From the NCBI GenBank assembly GCA_964522375.1, contig CAZFVB010000003.1, forward strand, positions 14,608 to 78,607: 64,000 nucleotides of DNA, in the 5' to 3' direction. Of this stretch, positions 38,555 through 47,952 are shown piece after piece. Under the pieces are notes generated by a model. The model saw only the letters and a program-made list of their open reading frames with translations, did not search any database and was not told the origin of the DNA. Source of the stretch: an uncultured Chloroflexota bacterium. GTDB taxonomy: Bacteria; Chloroflexota; UBA11872. The translations under genes were made by a program, and so were the position numbers. The first letter of the stretch is position 1. Every line of letters starts with the position of its first letter.

Positions 38555-40387
38555 CTAGTGTTGGCGCGTCCCGACTCCACTCATTTCCAGAACGGCAGAA
38601 AACGCTTCCTGGGGAATATCAACCTGACCTACCCGCTTCATACGCCGTTTGCCTTCTTTTTGAGACTCAATAAGCTTTTTCTTCCGAGAAACGTCACGTC
38701 CATAGCACTTGGCCAACACATCTTTCCGTAACGGACGCACCGTCTCCCGAGCCACTATCCGAGACCCCACAGCTGCCTGAACTGCCACCTCATAAAGCTG
38801 TCGAGGGATTTCACGCTTTAGTCGAAGTGCCAGGTCTCGCCCAATAGCCGCCGCACGATCACGCATGACAATCGTCGAAAGCGCATCCACAGGTTGGCCA
38901 TTAACCCGGATGTCCAGCTTTGTGAGATCCGCAGCCCGATAGCCCAAAAACCCGTAGTCCATCGATGCGTACCCACGACTTACCGACTTTAGAGAATCGA
39001 AAAAACCGCTCAGCATTTCCGCCAACGGCATATCGTATTCGATCAAAACTCGGGTCGGCTCTAAATGTTCGAGCTTGTGGTGCTCGCCGCGACGGTTGGA
39101 TAACAACTCGCTTACAGAGCCAATATAGTCCGTGGGGGTGACCACACTAAGCCGCATCCATGGTTCCCGAATTTCCGCAATGGCGGAAGGCTCGGGGAAT
39201 TCCCCTGGGCTGTCGAGAACCGTCACGGTGGCGTCTCGATGCTCAAGTTCGTATTCGACTTGCGGTGTCGTAATAACTAACTCAAGTCCAAACTCGCGCT
39301 CGAGACGCTCACGAACAATGTCCATGTGCAACACACCTAAGAATCCTGCACGAAACCCGAATCCTAGAGCGGCTGATTTTTCGGGCTGAAAGGTAAGGGC
39401 CGGATCACTCAGCCGGAGCCTCGCCAACGCGTCACGTAAATCTGGATAGGCTTCCGGGTCAGTCGCATAGAGACCAGCAAAAACCAGAGGCTTAGGTGAT
39501 CGATACCCGGGTAATGCGTCCTGACTCCCATCCCGCTCCACCGTCACGGTGTCACCCACCGGCCAATCGTGGGCATCCTTAAGCCCGGTCGCGACAAACC
39601 CAACTTCGCCAGTCTTGAGAGTGTCCTGCTGCTTACGTGTCGGCACGAAAACGCCAACCTCGACAGCCTCGGCACGAGTGCCCGCTTGGACCAGTCGAAG
39701 CCGATCTCCTTTATTCAGACTCCCGTCAACCACACGCACATAGGCAACGACACCTAGATGCTGGTCATATGTCGAGTCGAAAACAAGCGCACGAAGTTTC
39801 GATTCAGGATTTCCTTCAGGAGCCGGCGTAACCTCCACCACTCGATCTAGCAGCCGACGAACCCCGAGTCCAGATTTAGCAGACACTTGAATGACTTCGG
39901 ATTCAGCAACACCCAAAAATTCAGCGAGCTCTTTGACGACGTCATCGGTCCGAGCCGTTGGCAACTCAATCTTGTTAACCACCGGAATGATCACTAGATC
40001 CAACTCAGTAGCGGCATACGCATTCGCGAGAGTCTGAGCCTCCATCCCCTGGGTGGCATCCACGAGCAATACAGCAGCATCACACGCTGCAAGCGACCGT
40101 GAAACTTCATAGCTGAAATCAACGTGCCCGGGAGTATCGATTAAGTTCATCGCATAGATTTCACCAGCAAACTCATGTGTCATATGTACTGGGTGCGCCT
40201 TGATCGTGATACCTCGTTCCCGTTCAAGATCCATCGAGTCAAGCACCTGCTCACGCATCTCTCGAGCCTGGAGCGTAGCGGTGAGCTCAAGCATTCGATC
40301 CGCCAGCGTGGACTTTCCATGATCAATATGAGCAATGATGCAAAAGTTGCGCGTTTGGATCTGTGGGATTTCGGCTTCCATAACCAT
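38555..40387 (-). CDS. lepA: Elongation factor 4
   Basis: GTP-binding motif ..FCIIAHIDHGKSTLADR.., 610 aa, with the LepA-specific C-terminal domain. Confidence 0.95.
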   Translation of the reverse strand: MVMEAEIPQIQTRNFCIIAHIDHGKSTLADRMLELTATLQAREMREQVLDSMDLERERGITIKAHPVHMTHEFAGEIYAMNLIDTPGHVDFSYEVSRSLAACDAAVLLVDATQGMEAQTLANAYAATELDLVIIPVVNKIELPTARTDDVVKELAEFLGVAESEVIQVSAKSGLGVRRLLDRVVEVTPAPEGNPESKLRALVFDSTYDQHLGVVAYVRVVDGSLNKGDRLRLVQAGTRAEAVEVGVFVPTRKQQDTLKTGEVGFVATGLKDAHDWPVGDTVTVERDGSQDALPGYRSPKPLVFAGLYATDPEAYPDLRDALARLRLSDPALTFQPEKSAALGFGFRAGFLGVLHMDIVRERLEREFGLELVITTPQVEYELEHRDATVTVLDSPGEFPEPSAIAEIREPWMRLSVVTPTDYIGSVSELLSNRRGEHHKLEHLEPTRVLIEYDMPLAEMLSGFFDSLKSVSRGYASMDYGFLGYRAADLTKLDIRVNGQPVDALSTIVMRDRAAAIGRDLALRLKREIPRQLYEVAVQAAVGSRIVARETVRPLRKDVLAKCYGRDVSRKKKLIESQKEGKRRMKRVGQVDIPQEAFSAVLEMSGVGTRQH

Positions 40388-40395
40388 TGGTCATT

Positions 40396-41988
40396 CTATC
40401 GACGTGGACCGGAAACCCGCGCTCGCAGATTCATCCGAGTTCTCAGTTCTACAAGCTCCCCACTACCAAGCAGAGCCATCACAAACAGATAAATCCCCAG
40501 CGAAAGCACTACATACATGAGCACTAGAAGTGACGATCCCGCATCGACAACTCCGGGTGACCAGGTCAGCATGCGCAGTATGGCCACAGTAGCCCCCATT
40601 ATCAGTGCAGCCATAACAGCCGAAAACACACTTCGTATTTCCTCCGTACCGATCCGAACACCCGATCGACGCCGAAAAACAAGCGCAAGAATCACCGCCT
40701 CGATCAGCACGCCGATCGAGACGCCAAGAGCAATTCCGCCAATGCCCATCCATAGCCCGAGCAACCATGACAGCACCACATGCGCCAAGAGACTGATCGA
40801 ACCGACAACAACCGGGGTACGCGTGTCATGCATTGCGAAAAATCCACGGACAAGAATCTCGACAACCGCATGACCGGCCAAGCCAATCGCAAAGTATCGA
40901 AGCGCGATCGCAGTAAGCTCGGTCGCACGAATATCAAATGCGCCACGCTGGAAAAGCACTGCAACTAGGGGCTCAGCCAAAACAACCAGGCCAACCGCCG
41001 AAGGAATGGTCAGGAACATCACGTGGCGCCATATACCACTCATACGCAGGGCAAACGTCTTGTGATCACCCGTCGCCCATCGTTCTGACAATTCAGGTAG
41101 AGACGCTTCACCCAGAGACATTGCAAAGATGCCAAGCGGCAACAACATCAACATGAATCCGTTATTGATCGCGGCCACGCTTGAGGGGCCATGCGTCGAG
41201 GCCAATATTGTCACAGCGATCAAGCTAGCCTGCAGGACCGCTACTCCAAGCAATCGAGGCCACATAAGCCCAAGCACACGGAGCACATCCGGATTGTTGT
41301 AACCAAGCATCACCCGCGGAACCCGACGAACAAGAACACCCGGAAGTTGAATGCCAATATGCAGGCATACACCAACAAGCGTGCCCCACACCAAGCCCAT
41401 TAACCCATGGGTGTATGAAAGAAATACTGCACCCAAAATTATCCCTAAGTTGTAGAAAACTGGACTAAGCGCCGGCAACACAAACCTTCGTTCGGATTGA
41501 AGAGCCGCCTTTACTACTGCGCTCAACGCCAGAAGTACTGGCGACAGCATCAACCACCGAGATGCCTCAATCGCTAACGTCTTGGTCGCAGCATCAAAGC
41601 CTGGTGTAATTACCGACATGAGGGGAACTGCCAGTAATATGCCGAGAGCGGCCAACACGATAGTGGCAAAGAGAACAAGGGAAGCCACACCGCAAAGAAG
41701 CCGATACAGCGCCTCTGGCTCGCCACGTGCCTTGACCTCCGCATATACAGGAATCAACGCAGAAACCAGCGCACCACCGGCAAGCAACATGAAAACCGTG
41801 TCGGGAATGCGGAACGCTGCAAACCAAGCATCAGCTTCGGCACCCACCCCGAATCTGGCGTTGATCACCGCCTGTCTGACAAATCCCAGTCCACGACTAA
41901 CAGCAATCGACGCAACCACGATGGAGGCTGCTGACGCGATACCTCCGCCTAATCCGGGATTAGGAGCAACACCCGATTTATTTATCAT
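40396..41988 (-). CDS. murJ: Lipid II flippase MurJ (MviN family)
   Basis: 530 aa, 14-TM MOP-superfamily pattern. The stop is 9 nt upstream of the lepA start. Confidence 0.8.
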   Translation of the reverse strand: MINKSGVAPNPGLGGGIASAASIVVASIAVSRGLGFVRQAVINARFGVGAEADAWFAAFRIPDTVFMLLAGGALVSALIPVYAEVKARGEPEALYRLLCGVASLVLFATIVLAALGILLAVPLMSVITPGFDAATKTLAIEASRWLMLSPVLLALSAVVKAALQSERRFVLPALSPVFYNLGIILGAVFLSYTHGLMGLVWGTLVGVCLHIGIQLPGVLVRRVPRVMLGYNNPDVLRVLGLMWPRLLGVAVLQASLIAVTILASTHGPSSVAAINNGFMLMLLPLGIFAMSLGEASLPELSERWATGDHKTFALRMSGIWRHVMFLTIPSAVGLVVLAEPLVAVLFQRGAFDIRATELTAIALRYFAIGLAGHAVVEILVRGFFAMHDTRTPVVVGSISLLAHVVLSWLLGLWMGIGGIALGVSIGVLIEAVILALVFRRRSGVRIGTEEIRSVFSAVMAALIMGATVAILRMLTWSPGVVDAGSSLLVLMYVVLSLGIYLFVMALLGSGELVELRTRMNLRARVSGPRR

Positions 41989-42302
41989 CTACCTCGTCAA
42001 TCACTACCCATGGGCGATCCACCCCACTGCGAAAAATCAAGAACCTCAACCATCCGCATCGCAGACAAAGCTGGAACAGGTGAGGGAAAAGCCTACGCGT
42101 TTCTTGAAGCACGCCACTATGTTCAAAACGACATTGGTTCCCATGGTCGTGCTTCGCTCATAGTAAAAGCAAGATTCCCTCGCAATCCGATCCACGTTTC
42201 AGCAAGACAACCAAGAAGGCACCCCGTTGAGAATCGACAGCCAACATGCCCACCAAGCACCAGTTGGCCTTCAGGTAGCATCAGATATGCAACAAGCGGC
42301 CC

Positions 42303-43526
42303 GTGCCCCCTTATCGATCGAACCCAGTCATCGCTGACCACCTGGTTATCTATACGCTGATACATCAGCCTCGACGGATACGCATCCCAGCCGCTCCGAT
42401 CCCTAAGAGGGCTTCCGTTGAAACTCTTGAACAAACGCTGTTTGATGATGAACTCAATCGAGCCTACCTAGAGAAAGTAGCGAGACGCTCCTATCGGCCA
42501 GCCATACAAATCTGGCGAGAACTTCTCACTAAAGGGATGAAACTTGGACTCGGCATCCCTCTATCAACAATTTTTCAGTTCGAGGCCTGGGATCCTCAAC
42601 TGCTTGCCACCCTCAAGACCTTAGTGGGTCATGACCGTTGCGAACTTGTTGCCACCGAGCCATATCACGCAATTTCGATGCTGCTTGACCTACAGCTATT
42701 TTCGAAGGGGATGCAGCGCTCGGTTTACGACCTACAACGCCACTTCGGGAAAACCCCACGAGTTGCAGACACCACTGAATTGATGATGTCTCCAAGCATT
42801 GCGCAGATACTTGCAGGAGCTGGGTTCGATGGTGGCTTTGTTGATGGACGTTCCTGGGTGCTGCATGAGGAAAGTGCCCCTCTCTACAGTGAGAGAGGAA
42901 GGCTCCCGTTGCTAGCACGTCACCTTCAATTAAGCGATGACGTGGCATATAGATTTTCAGACCGTATGTGGCCAAACTGGCCGTTGACGGCCGAGCATTT
43001 TGCCGACCGGGTTTCAAGCGCCCCCAATGAACTCGTAACGCTCGGATGGGATTTTGAAACATTTGGTGAACACCACGACGCCGAGACGGGAATACTCGAT
43101 TTTTTACGAGCTCTTCCCTCTGCTTTAGACAGCCGTGGAATCATCTGTCTCACCCCGTCAGAAGCCATTACCCACTTCCGGCCAAAGGCTTGTGACCTCC
43201 GACTGTCCGCATTTCCCTCCACCTGGGCCGGCCACCATGGGGGACTGGACTTCTTTCTTGGTAACGACTCCCAACACGTCTTATTCGGCCTCATGATGTC
43301 AGCGTACGGTGCTGCAAAACTTTCGGAAGATGAAAACGTAATCGATATAGCCCACTTACTTATGCAATCCGACAATCTCCACTGGCTGCAATGGATTGGA
43401 CAAGAAGGATCGGATGCAGAGGTATCGGAATATTTCACTCCAATGGAGTGGAAAAGTCTAGGAACAGATACCTTTACCAACCACCATCGCCAAGTTTATG
43501 TCAACTTCATAAACGCAATTAGCTAA
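42303..43526 (+). CDS. Glycoside hydrolase family 57-like protein
   Basis: GH57 region 1 HQP (..LVIYTLIHQPRRI..), region 2-like ..HDRCELVATEPYHAIS.., and region 4-like ..WDFETFGEHH... I could not place the canonical WLPE nucleophile motif. Confidence 0.5.
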   Translation: MPPYRSNPVIADHLVIYTLIHQPRRIRIPAAPIPKRASVETLEQTLFDDELNRAYLEKVARRSYRPAIQIWRELLTKGMKLGLGIPLSTIFQFEAWDPQLLATLKTLVGHDRCELVATEPYHAISMLLDLQLFSKGMQRSVYDLQRHFGKTPRVADTTELMMSPSIAQILAGAGFDGGFVDGRSWVLHEESAPLYSERGRLPLLARHLQLSDDVAYRFSDRMWPNWPLTAEHFADRVSSAPNELVTLGWDFETFGEHHDAETGILDFLRALPSALDSRGIICLTPSEAITHFRPKACDLRLSAFPSTWAGHHGGLDFFLGNDSQHVLFGLMMSAYGAAKLSEDENVIDIAHLLMQSDNLHWLQWIGQEGSDAEVSEYFTPMEWKSLGTDTFTNHHRQVYVNFINAIS

Positions 43527-43533
43527 TCGTCAA

Positions 43534-44349
43534 ATGAAGGAAATATCCCTCGGTCAAACAGAAACAACAGTCCCAATAATCGGGCTTGGGACGGCTCGCT
43601 ATTTCGGTGGACGCAATGTACTTACCCTAGGCGTACGTGCCGGAATGCGACTAATCGACACCGCGGAATCGTATAACGCTACCGGTGATACACCCGGCCA
43701 TACAGAAGCACTCGTAGGTTCCGAGATCGCTAATGTGCGCGAACAAGCTTTTGTAGCAACCAAGATATCCGCTCAAAATCTTTCGTGCGACAAGGTTCCA
43801 ATGCATGCACGTGCCAGCGCCGCCAGACTCCGCGTATCAACAATCGACCTGTACCAAATCCACTCTCCTAACAGCGGAATCCCTATTCTTGAGACAATGG
43901 CTGCAATGGAACGACTCGTTGATGAGGGAATTGTTCAGCACATCGGTGTTAGCAATTTCTCAAGTGACCAACTTAAAGAGGCTCTGGACGTAATGCGTTC
44001 CTATCCCATCGTCTCAAACCAGATCAGGTACAACCTTTTTGAAAGATCGGTAGCAACTGATGTCCTCGAAACCTGCCGTGAAGCCGGAGTGACCGTAATT
44101 GCCCACACACCCCTGGCGATGGCCAATTTCGACCGTTTCCCGGGTGCATCCGTACTACACGAGTTAAGCCACTCACTGCATCGACCACCAGCGCATATCA
44201 TGTTGACCTGGCTCGTAAGCCAGGAAAACGTGATAGCAATCCCAAAGACTGACCGCCCAGAACGCGTCGCAGAACTGTCCACAGCAACCGATTGGATCCT
44301 GGAACCGTACGTTCGTGAAATGCTCGACCAATGTGAGGGCTCCTCATAG
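43534..44349 (+). CDS. Aldo/keto reductase
   Basis: AKR motifs (..IDTAESYNATG.. / ..IGVSNFSSDQLKEAL..). Confidence 0.8.
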   Translation: MKEISLGQTETTVPIIGLGTARYFGGRNVLTLGVRAGMRLIDTAESYNATGDTPGHTEALVGSEIANVREQAFVATKISAQNLSCDKVPMHARASAARLRVSTIDLYQIHSPNSGIPILETMAAMERLVDEGIVQHIGVSNFSSDQLKEALDVMRSYPIVSNQIRYNLFERSVATDVLETCREAGVTVIAHTPLAMANFDRFPGASVLHELSHSLHRPPAHIMLTWLVSQENVIAIPKTDRPERVAELSTATDWILEPYVREMLDQCEGSS

Positions 44350-44383
44350 AACTGCTATCCCACATGCATACCTTCTGAACAAC

Positions 44384-45583
44384 ATGCGGATTGCGATGGT
44401 TACATGGGAATATCCGCCCCACATGGTGGGAGGACTCGGAACCTACGCTGGGGCTATGGTTCCAGCTCTTCGATCCGCCGGTCATGAGGTTGAGGTGTTT
44501 TCAGCTCTTCGGAATGACGTTAGCGCTCCTGCGGATGGCACACACTGGGCGCGGGTGCTTGGTTTGCCTTCCGCCTACGAGGCTATTCCTAACCAGGGTG
44601 CATCATCATGGGGACTTTTCTTGAGCGAGTTGTACTCGGCCAACCTGTATTGGGCTGATGCGATCCGAAGGCAACACCGAGCAGCCCCGTTCGACATCCT
44701 CGCCATCCACGATTGGCTCGCGGCTCCATGCGCGCTCATGCTCAGCCAGCACATTAACGTTCCGATAGTCCTTCATGTCCACAGCACCGAATGGGGTCGG
44801 CAACCGGACACGCCATCTCCGGTCGTATCCGGTTGGGAATTGGCTGCCGGGCAAGCAGCAGACGCCACTATCACCGTGAGCAACGCAATGGTCGAGGACT
44901 TGATTGATCATGGCTGGCAACCCAGCACCGTTCATGCAATATGGAACGGTGTTGATACGGACATATTTGACCCGAGATCTCAGGGCGGACCAGCGTTGCG
45001 CGCTCGATATGGTCTCGATAAAGCAACCTCGGTAGTCCTTTTTATCGGAAGATTGACCGGGGTAAAGGGAATCATCAATCTGCTGACCGCCTGGCCGGAC
45101 ATATCTTCCCATCACCCTAACGCGCATTTGGTCGTGCTTGGCACAGGTGATCTGAATCACGCCGCCCATCAGATGGTGGCCGATCTCGACATTCAATCCT
45201 CCGTGAGCCTCATCACCAAATGGGTCGAGGACCCGGAACGCGTCGCTCACTTCCTGGCAGCTGATCTCGTCGTGCTGCCATCTACATACGAACCGTTCGG
45301 GATTGTCGGCCTTGAAGCCATGGCTTGCGAGCGCGCCGTCGTTGTCGGAACCACCGGCGTGGTTGGATTCAGGGAGCAGGTTGTTGGCAGTGGTCCGAAC
45401 AAGTGTGGCATCCATGTGGATGCTAATGACCCTGAGGACGTGAGCCGCGGCATCCGCACCGCGCTAAGCAACCCACAACAATTGCAAGACTGGGGCAAGA
45501 ATGGTCGACAGAGGGCTGCCACAATGTTCACGTGGGAAAAAGCCGCGATTCGAACACTTAATGTCTACCAAGGCTTGCTCTAG
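44384..45583 (+). CDS. GT4-family glycosyltransferase (glycogen-synthase-like alpha-glucosyltransferase)
   Basis: MRIAMVTWEYPPHMVGGLGTYAGAM.. and the C-terminal E..E motif ..EPFGIVGLEAMACERAVVVGTTG... The ORF-track start at 44315 overlaps the AKR gene. Confidence 0.75.
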   Translation: MRIAMVTWEYPPHMVGGLGTYAGAMVPALRSAGHEVEVFSALRNDVSAPADGTHWARVLGLPSAYEAIPNQGASSWGLFLSELYSANLYWADAIRRQHRAAPFDILAIHDWLAAPCALMLSQHINVPIVLHVHSTEWGRQPDTPSPVVSGWELAAGQAADATITVSNAMVEDLIDHGWQPSTVHAIWNGVDTDIFDPRSQGGPALRARYGLDKATSVVLFIGRLTGVKGIINLLTAWPDISSHHPNAHLVVLGTGDLNHAAHQMVADLDIQSSVSLITKWVEDPERVAHFLAADLVVLPSTYEPFGIVGLEAMACERAVVVGTTGVVGFREQVVGSGPNKCGIHVDANDPEDVSRGIRTALSNPQQLQDWGKNGRQRAATMFTWEKAAIRTLNVYQGLL

Positions 45584-45654
45584 CATCCATGCTCGTCGCT
45601 ATCGGCAACACCTACTATGACGCTTAAGCCCGCGCCCGAGAACACGAGAGGCTC

Positions 45655-47952
45655 ATGCTGAGCTTGCTGGACTCGATCATTGGAAAATCAGCCACTGCGG
45701 ACAACCATCACGTGCCGCCCGTGACCATCGGGGAAGATACCCCGACAAATTTCGGGGATTACGTACACGTTGATCCCCACTTCACCGAGATCCTTGGCAC
45801 ACGATTCCCACGACGCGTGTTCAACAACACCAGCCATCAACCCATTCCGGCGGATCTTAAAGAACAACTAGCCTGGCAAGCTTCGCCTGCTGTTGATCCA
45901 AGAAGCCTGGTCCCCTCATCACACGACATTTTTCATCACATCACAAAATCGATGGCGGAAACATTACTTCGCCTGGCAGAACTCGAACGAGACATCGACC
46001 AACGACCTTCCGTGCTGCTCACCGGGCCAACTGGATGTGGAAAGACGACAATCGTAAAAACCGCATGTTTTCTCGCCAACGAGCCATGCATTGAATTGAC
46101 CTTCAGTGGCGATACCACGCTCACTGATTTCTTTCATCGGACTGAAGTAATCAGAGAATCTGGAGGAACATCGACGGTAGCCGTGCTGGGACCCGCAATC
46201 CAAGCGATGCTGCACGGATACAAGTTGTTGATCAACGAGATCAACATGCTACCCCCAGACCTACTAAGCGCTCTTACACAGGCCATGGATACAGGCCATC
46301 TAATCGTCTCTGGAACAGAGATGGGGAACATCGAGATTGAAGTCCACGAACGATTTGGTGTGATCGCAACAGCCAATCCAAACTACGTCGGAACCACCGA
46401 ATTAGGTCGTGCTTTCCAACGTCGATTTGGTTGGGGTCTGGGCATGATCCCTATGGGCTTCCTTCCGTGTGACGAAGAGGTGACAGCGGTACTAGCCGAA
46501 TTCAACCGTCAGCCGATAACCCAAGCCCTGGATTTTCGCGCAGATCGTTCCGTCGTAGAACGCCTGGTCGCTATAACCGCTCAGCTACGCGAACACTCTG
46601 ATTTCGGACCGACCCTGCTCAACCGGCTCTCGACTCGGACGTTGGTGCACTGGCTCACACTCGGACACACAACCGGCTTGCCACTTGCTGACATTGCCGA
46701 GCGTGCTCTTCTTTCCACAGTACCGAAAGATCTTGTAGAAGGTGTTGCCACCGTAATCCGGCAAGCCCTCGGCCGTCTCATGACGTCAGCTTCAGAGGTT
46801 AGTCCGAACACGTTGCGCTCTGTCATGCTGACAGGTGATGCCCCGACAGTCGGATGTGCCATCGCGATTCCCGACAATACTGAAGTGATAACCGACGCAC
46901 AGATCGTGGAACACCCCTCAGGATCAAAGGTGCGACTGGCCAATGGAGATGATGTGAACATCTTTGTGGAGGCAAAACGACCACCCAAAGTTTCACTGTC
47001 AAATGGCTCGTCAAACGATGAACACGATGTCAGCACGGTCCGTCGCGCCCTGCGCGACCAACACGGAATAAACCTCGCCTCAGCACTCGGTCACCTGCCG
47101 TCCCCTGAAAGCACGCTGCCCTGCCTCACCTCCTCGTCATGGAGCGCATTACGGTTGGCGCAAGGCACCCTGATAGCCGGCCATCCAGTATTCCTCCGAG
47201 GCCCAACTGGCTGTGGAAAATCCGCGCTAGCCCGAACAATTGGACGACTCTGGAATCTATCAGTCGTCGAGTTCAGCCTCACCGGGGAGACAAGTAAAGC
47301 CGATCTAACAGCGACACGACAATTAGACGCAGGCATAACCACGTGGTCAATCCAAGCGTTCCTCGAAGCCGCGCATGACGGGAAGTTCGTCATAGTCAAC
47401 GAGTACAACCTGGCTTATCCAGACGTACATTCAATTATCAACGGGCTCTTCGACAAGACCCGCAGCATACGCCTCGCCGACGGACAGATCATCCGAGCCC
47501 ATAAAAACTTCCGACTGGTTGCAACCGGTTTCCCAGAAGGACCTGGGGTCAAACCCTTAAACGAAGGCGTTGAAAATCGGTTCGGCGCGGTGATCCATAT
47601 GGACTACCCCTGTCAGGAAGAGGAGTTAGCCATCCTTGCATTCGTGAGCAACGAAAAGATTGACGTATCTCTCCTGAACAGCGCTGTCGAGCTTGTCAGC
47701 GCCGGCCGGTCCATCCTGTCTGGCACCTGGGACAAAGACCAAGACCATCCTCTCAACAACGTTCCTACAGATCTTTCAGGAGCTGCGGCCGACCGGACGG
47801 GCTTAACGACAGCTGAACTCATAGCAATGGTTAGAGTCAGCACCGACGCGGACGCTTTCGTGGGTTCGCTACGCCACGGAGTTCTGGATGGCTCAGACAA
47901 TGAGGTCAAGCCGGTGTTAGAAGCAACGTTAGCCGGATATGGCCTTGTCTGA
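45655..47952 (+). CDS. MoxR-class ATPase with two tandem AAA_5 (dynein-related) domains
   Basis: Domain 1 has Walker A LLTGPTGCGKTT and Walker B ..LLINEIN.., plus the AAA_5 hallmark ..ATANP.. (..FGVIATANPNY..FQRRFG). Domain 2 has Walker A LRGPTGCGKSA and Walker B ..FVIVNEYN..; its ..FRLVATGFPE..ENRFGAVIHMDYP.. sits at the corresponding position (PN swapped for FP). Confidence 0.7.
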   Translation: MLSLLDSIIGKSATADNHHVPPVTIGEDTPTNFGDYVHVDPHFTEILGTRFPRRVFNNTSHQPIPADLKEQLAWQASPAVDPRSLVPSSHDIFHHITKSMAETLLRLAELERDIDQRPSVLLTGPTGCGKTTIVKTACFLANEPCIELTFSGDTTLTDFFHRTEVIRESGGTSTVAVLGPAIQAMLHGYKLLINEINMLPPDLLSALTQAMDTGHLIVSGTEMGNIEIEVHERFGVIATANPNYVGTTELGRAFQRRFGWGLGMIPMGFLPCDEEVTAVLAEFNRQPITQALDFRADRSVVERLVAITAQLREHSDFGPTLLNRLSTRTLVHWLTLGHTTGLPLADIAERALLSTVPKDLVEGVATVIRQALGRLMTSASEVSPNTLRSVMLTGDAPTVGCAIAIPDNTEVITDAQIVEHPSGSKVRLANGDDVNIFVEAKRPPKVSLSNGSSNDEHDVSTVRRALRDQHGINLASALGHLPSPESTLPCLTSSSWSALRLAQGTLIAGHPVFLRGPTGCGKSALARTIGRLWNLSVVEFSLTGETSKADLTATRQLDAGITTWSIQAFLEAAHDGKFVIVNEYNLAYPDVHSIINGLFDKTRSIRLADGQIIRAHKNFRLVATGFPEGPGVKPLNEGVENRFGAVIHMDYPCQEEELAILAFVSNEKIDVSLLNSAVELVSAGRSILSGTWDKDQDHPLNNVPTDLSGAAADRTGLTTAELIAMVRVSTDADAFVGSLRHGVLDGSDNEVKPVLEATLAGYGLV

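Noticed and set aside
42010-42360. 116-aa ORF in the divergent murJ / GH57 intergenic region
   Set aside because: It overlaps the GH57-like gene start and has no RBS or family resemblance. The 315-nt gap is more plausibly a divergent promoter region.
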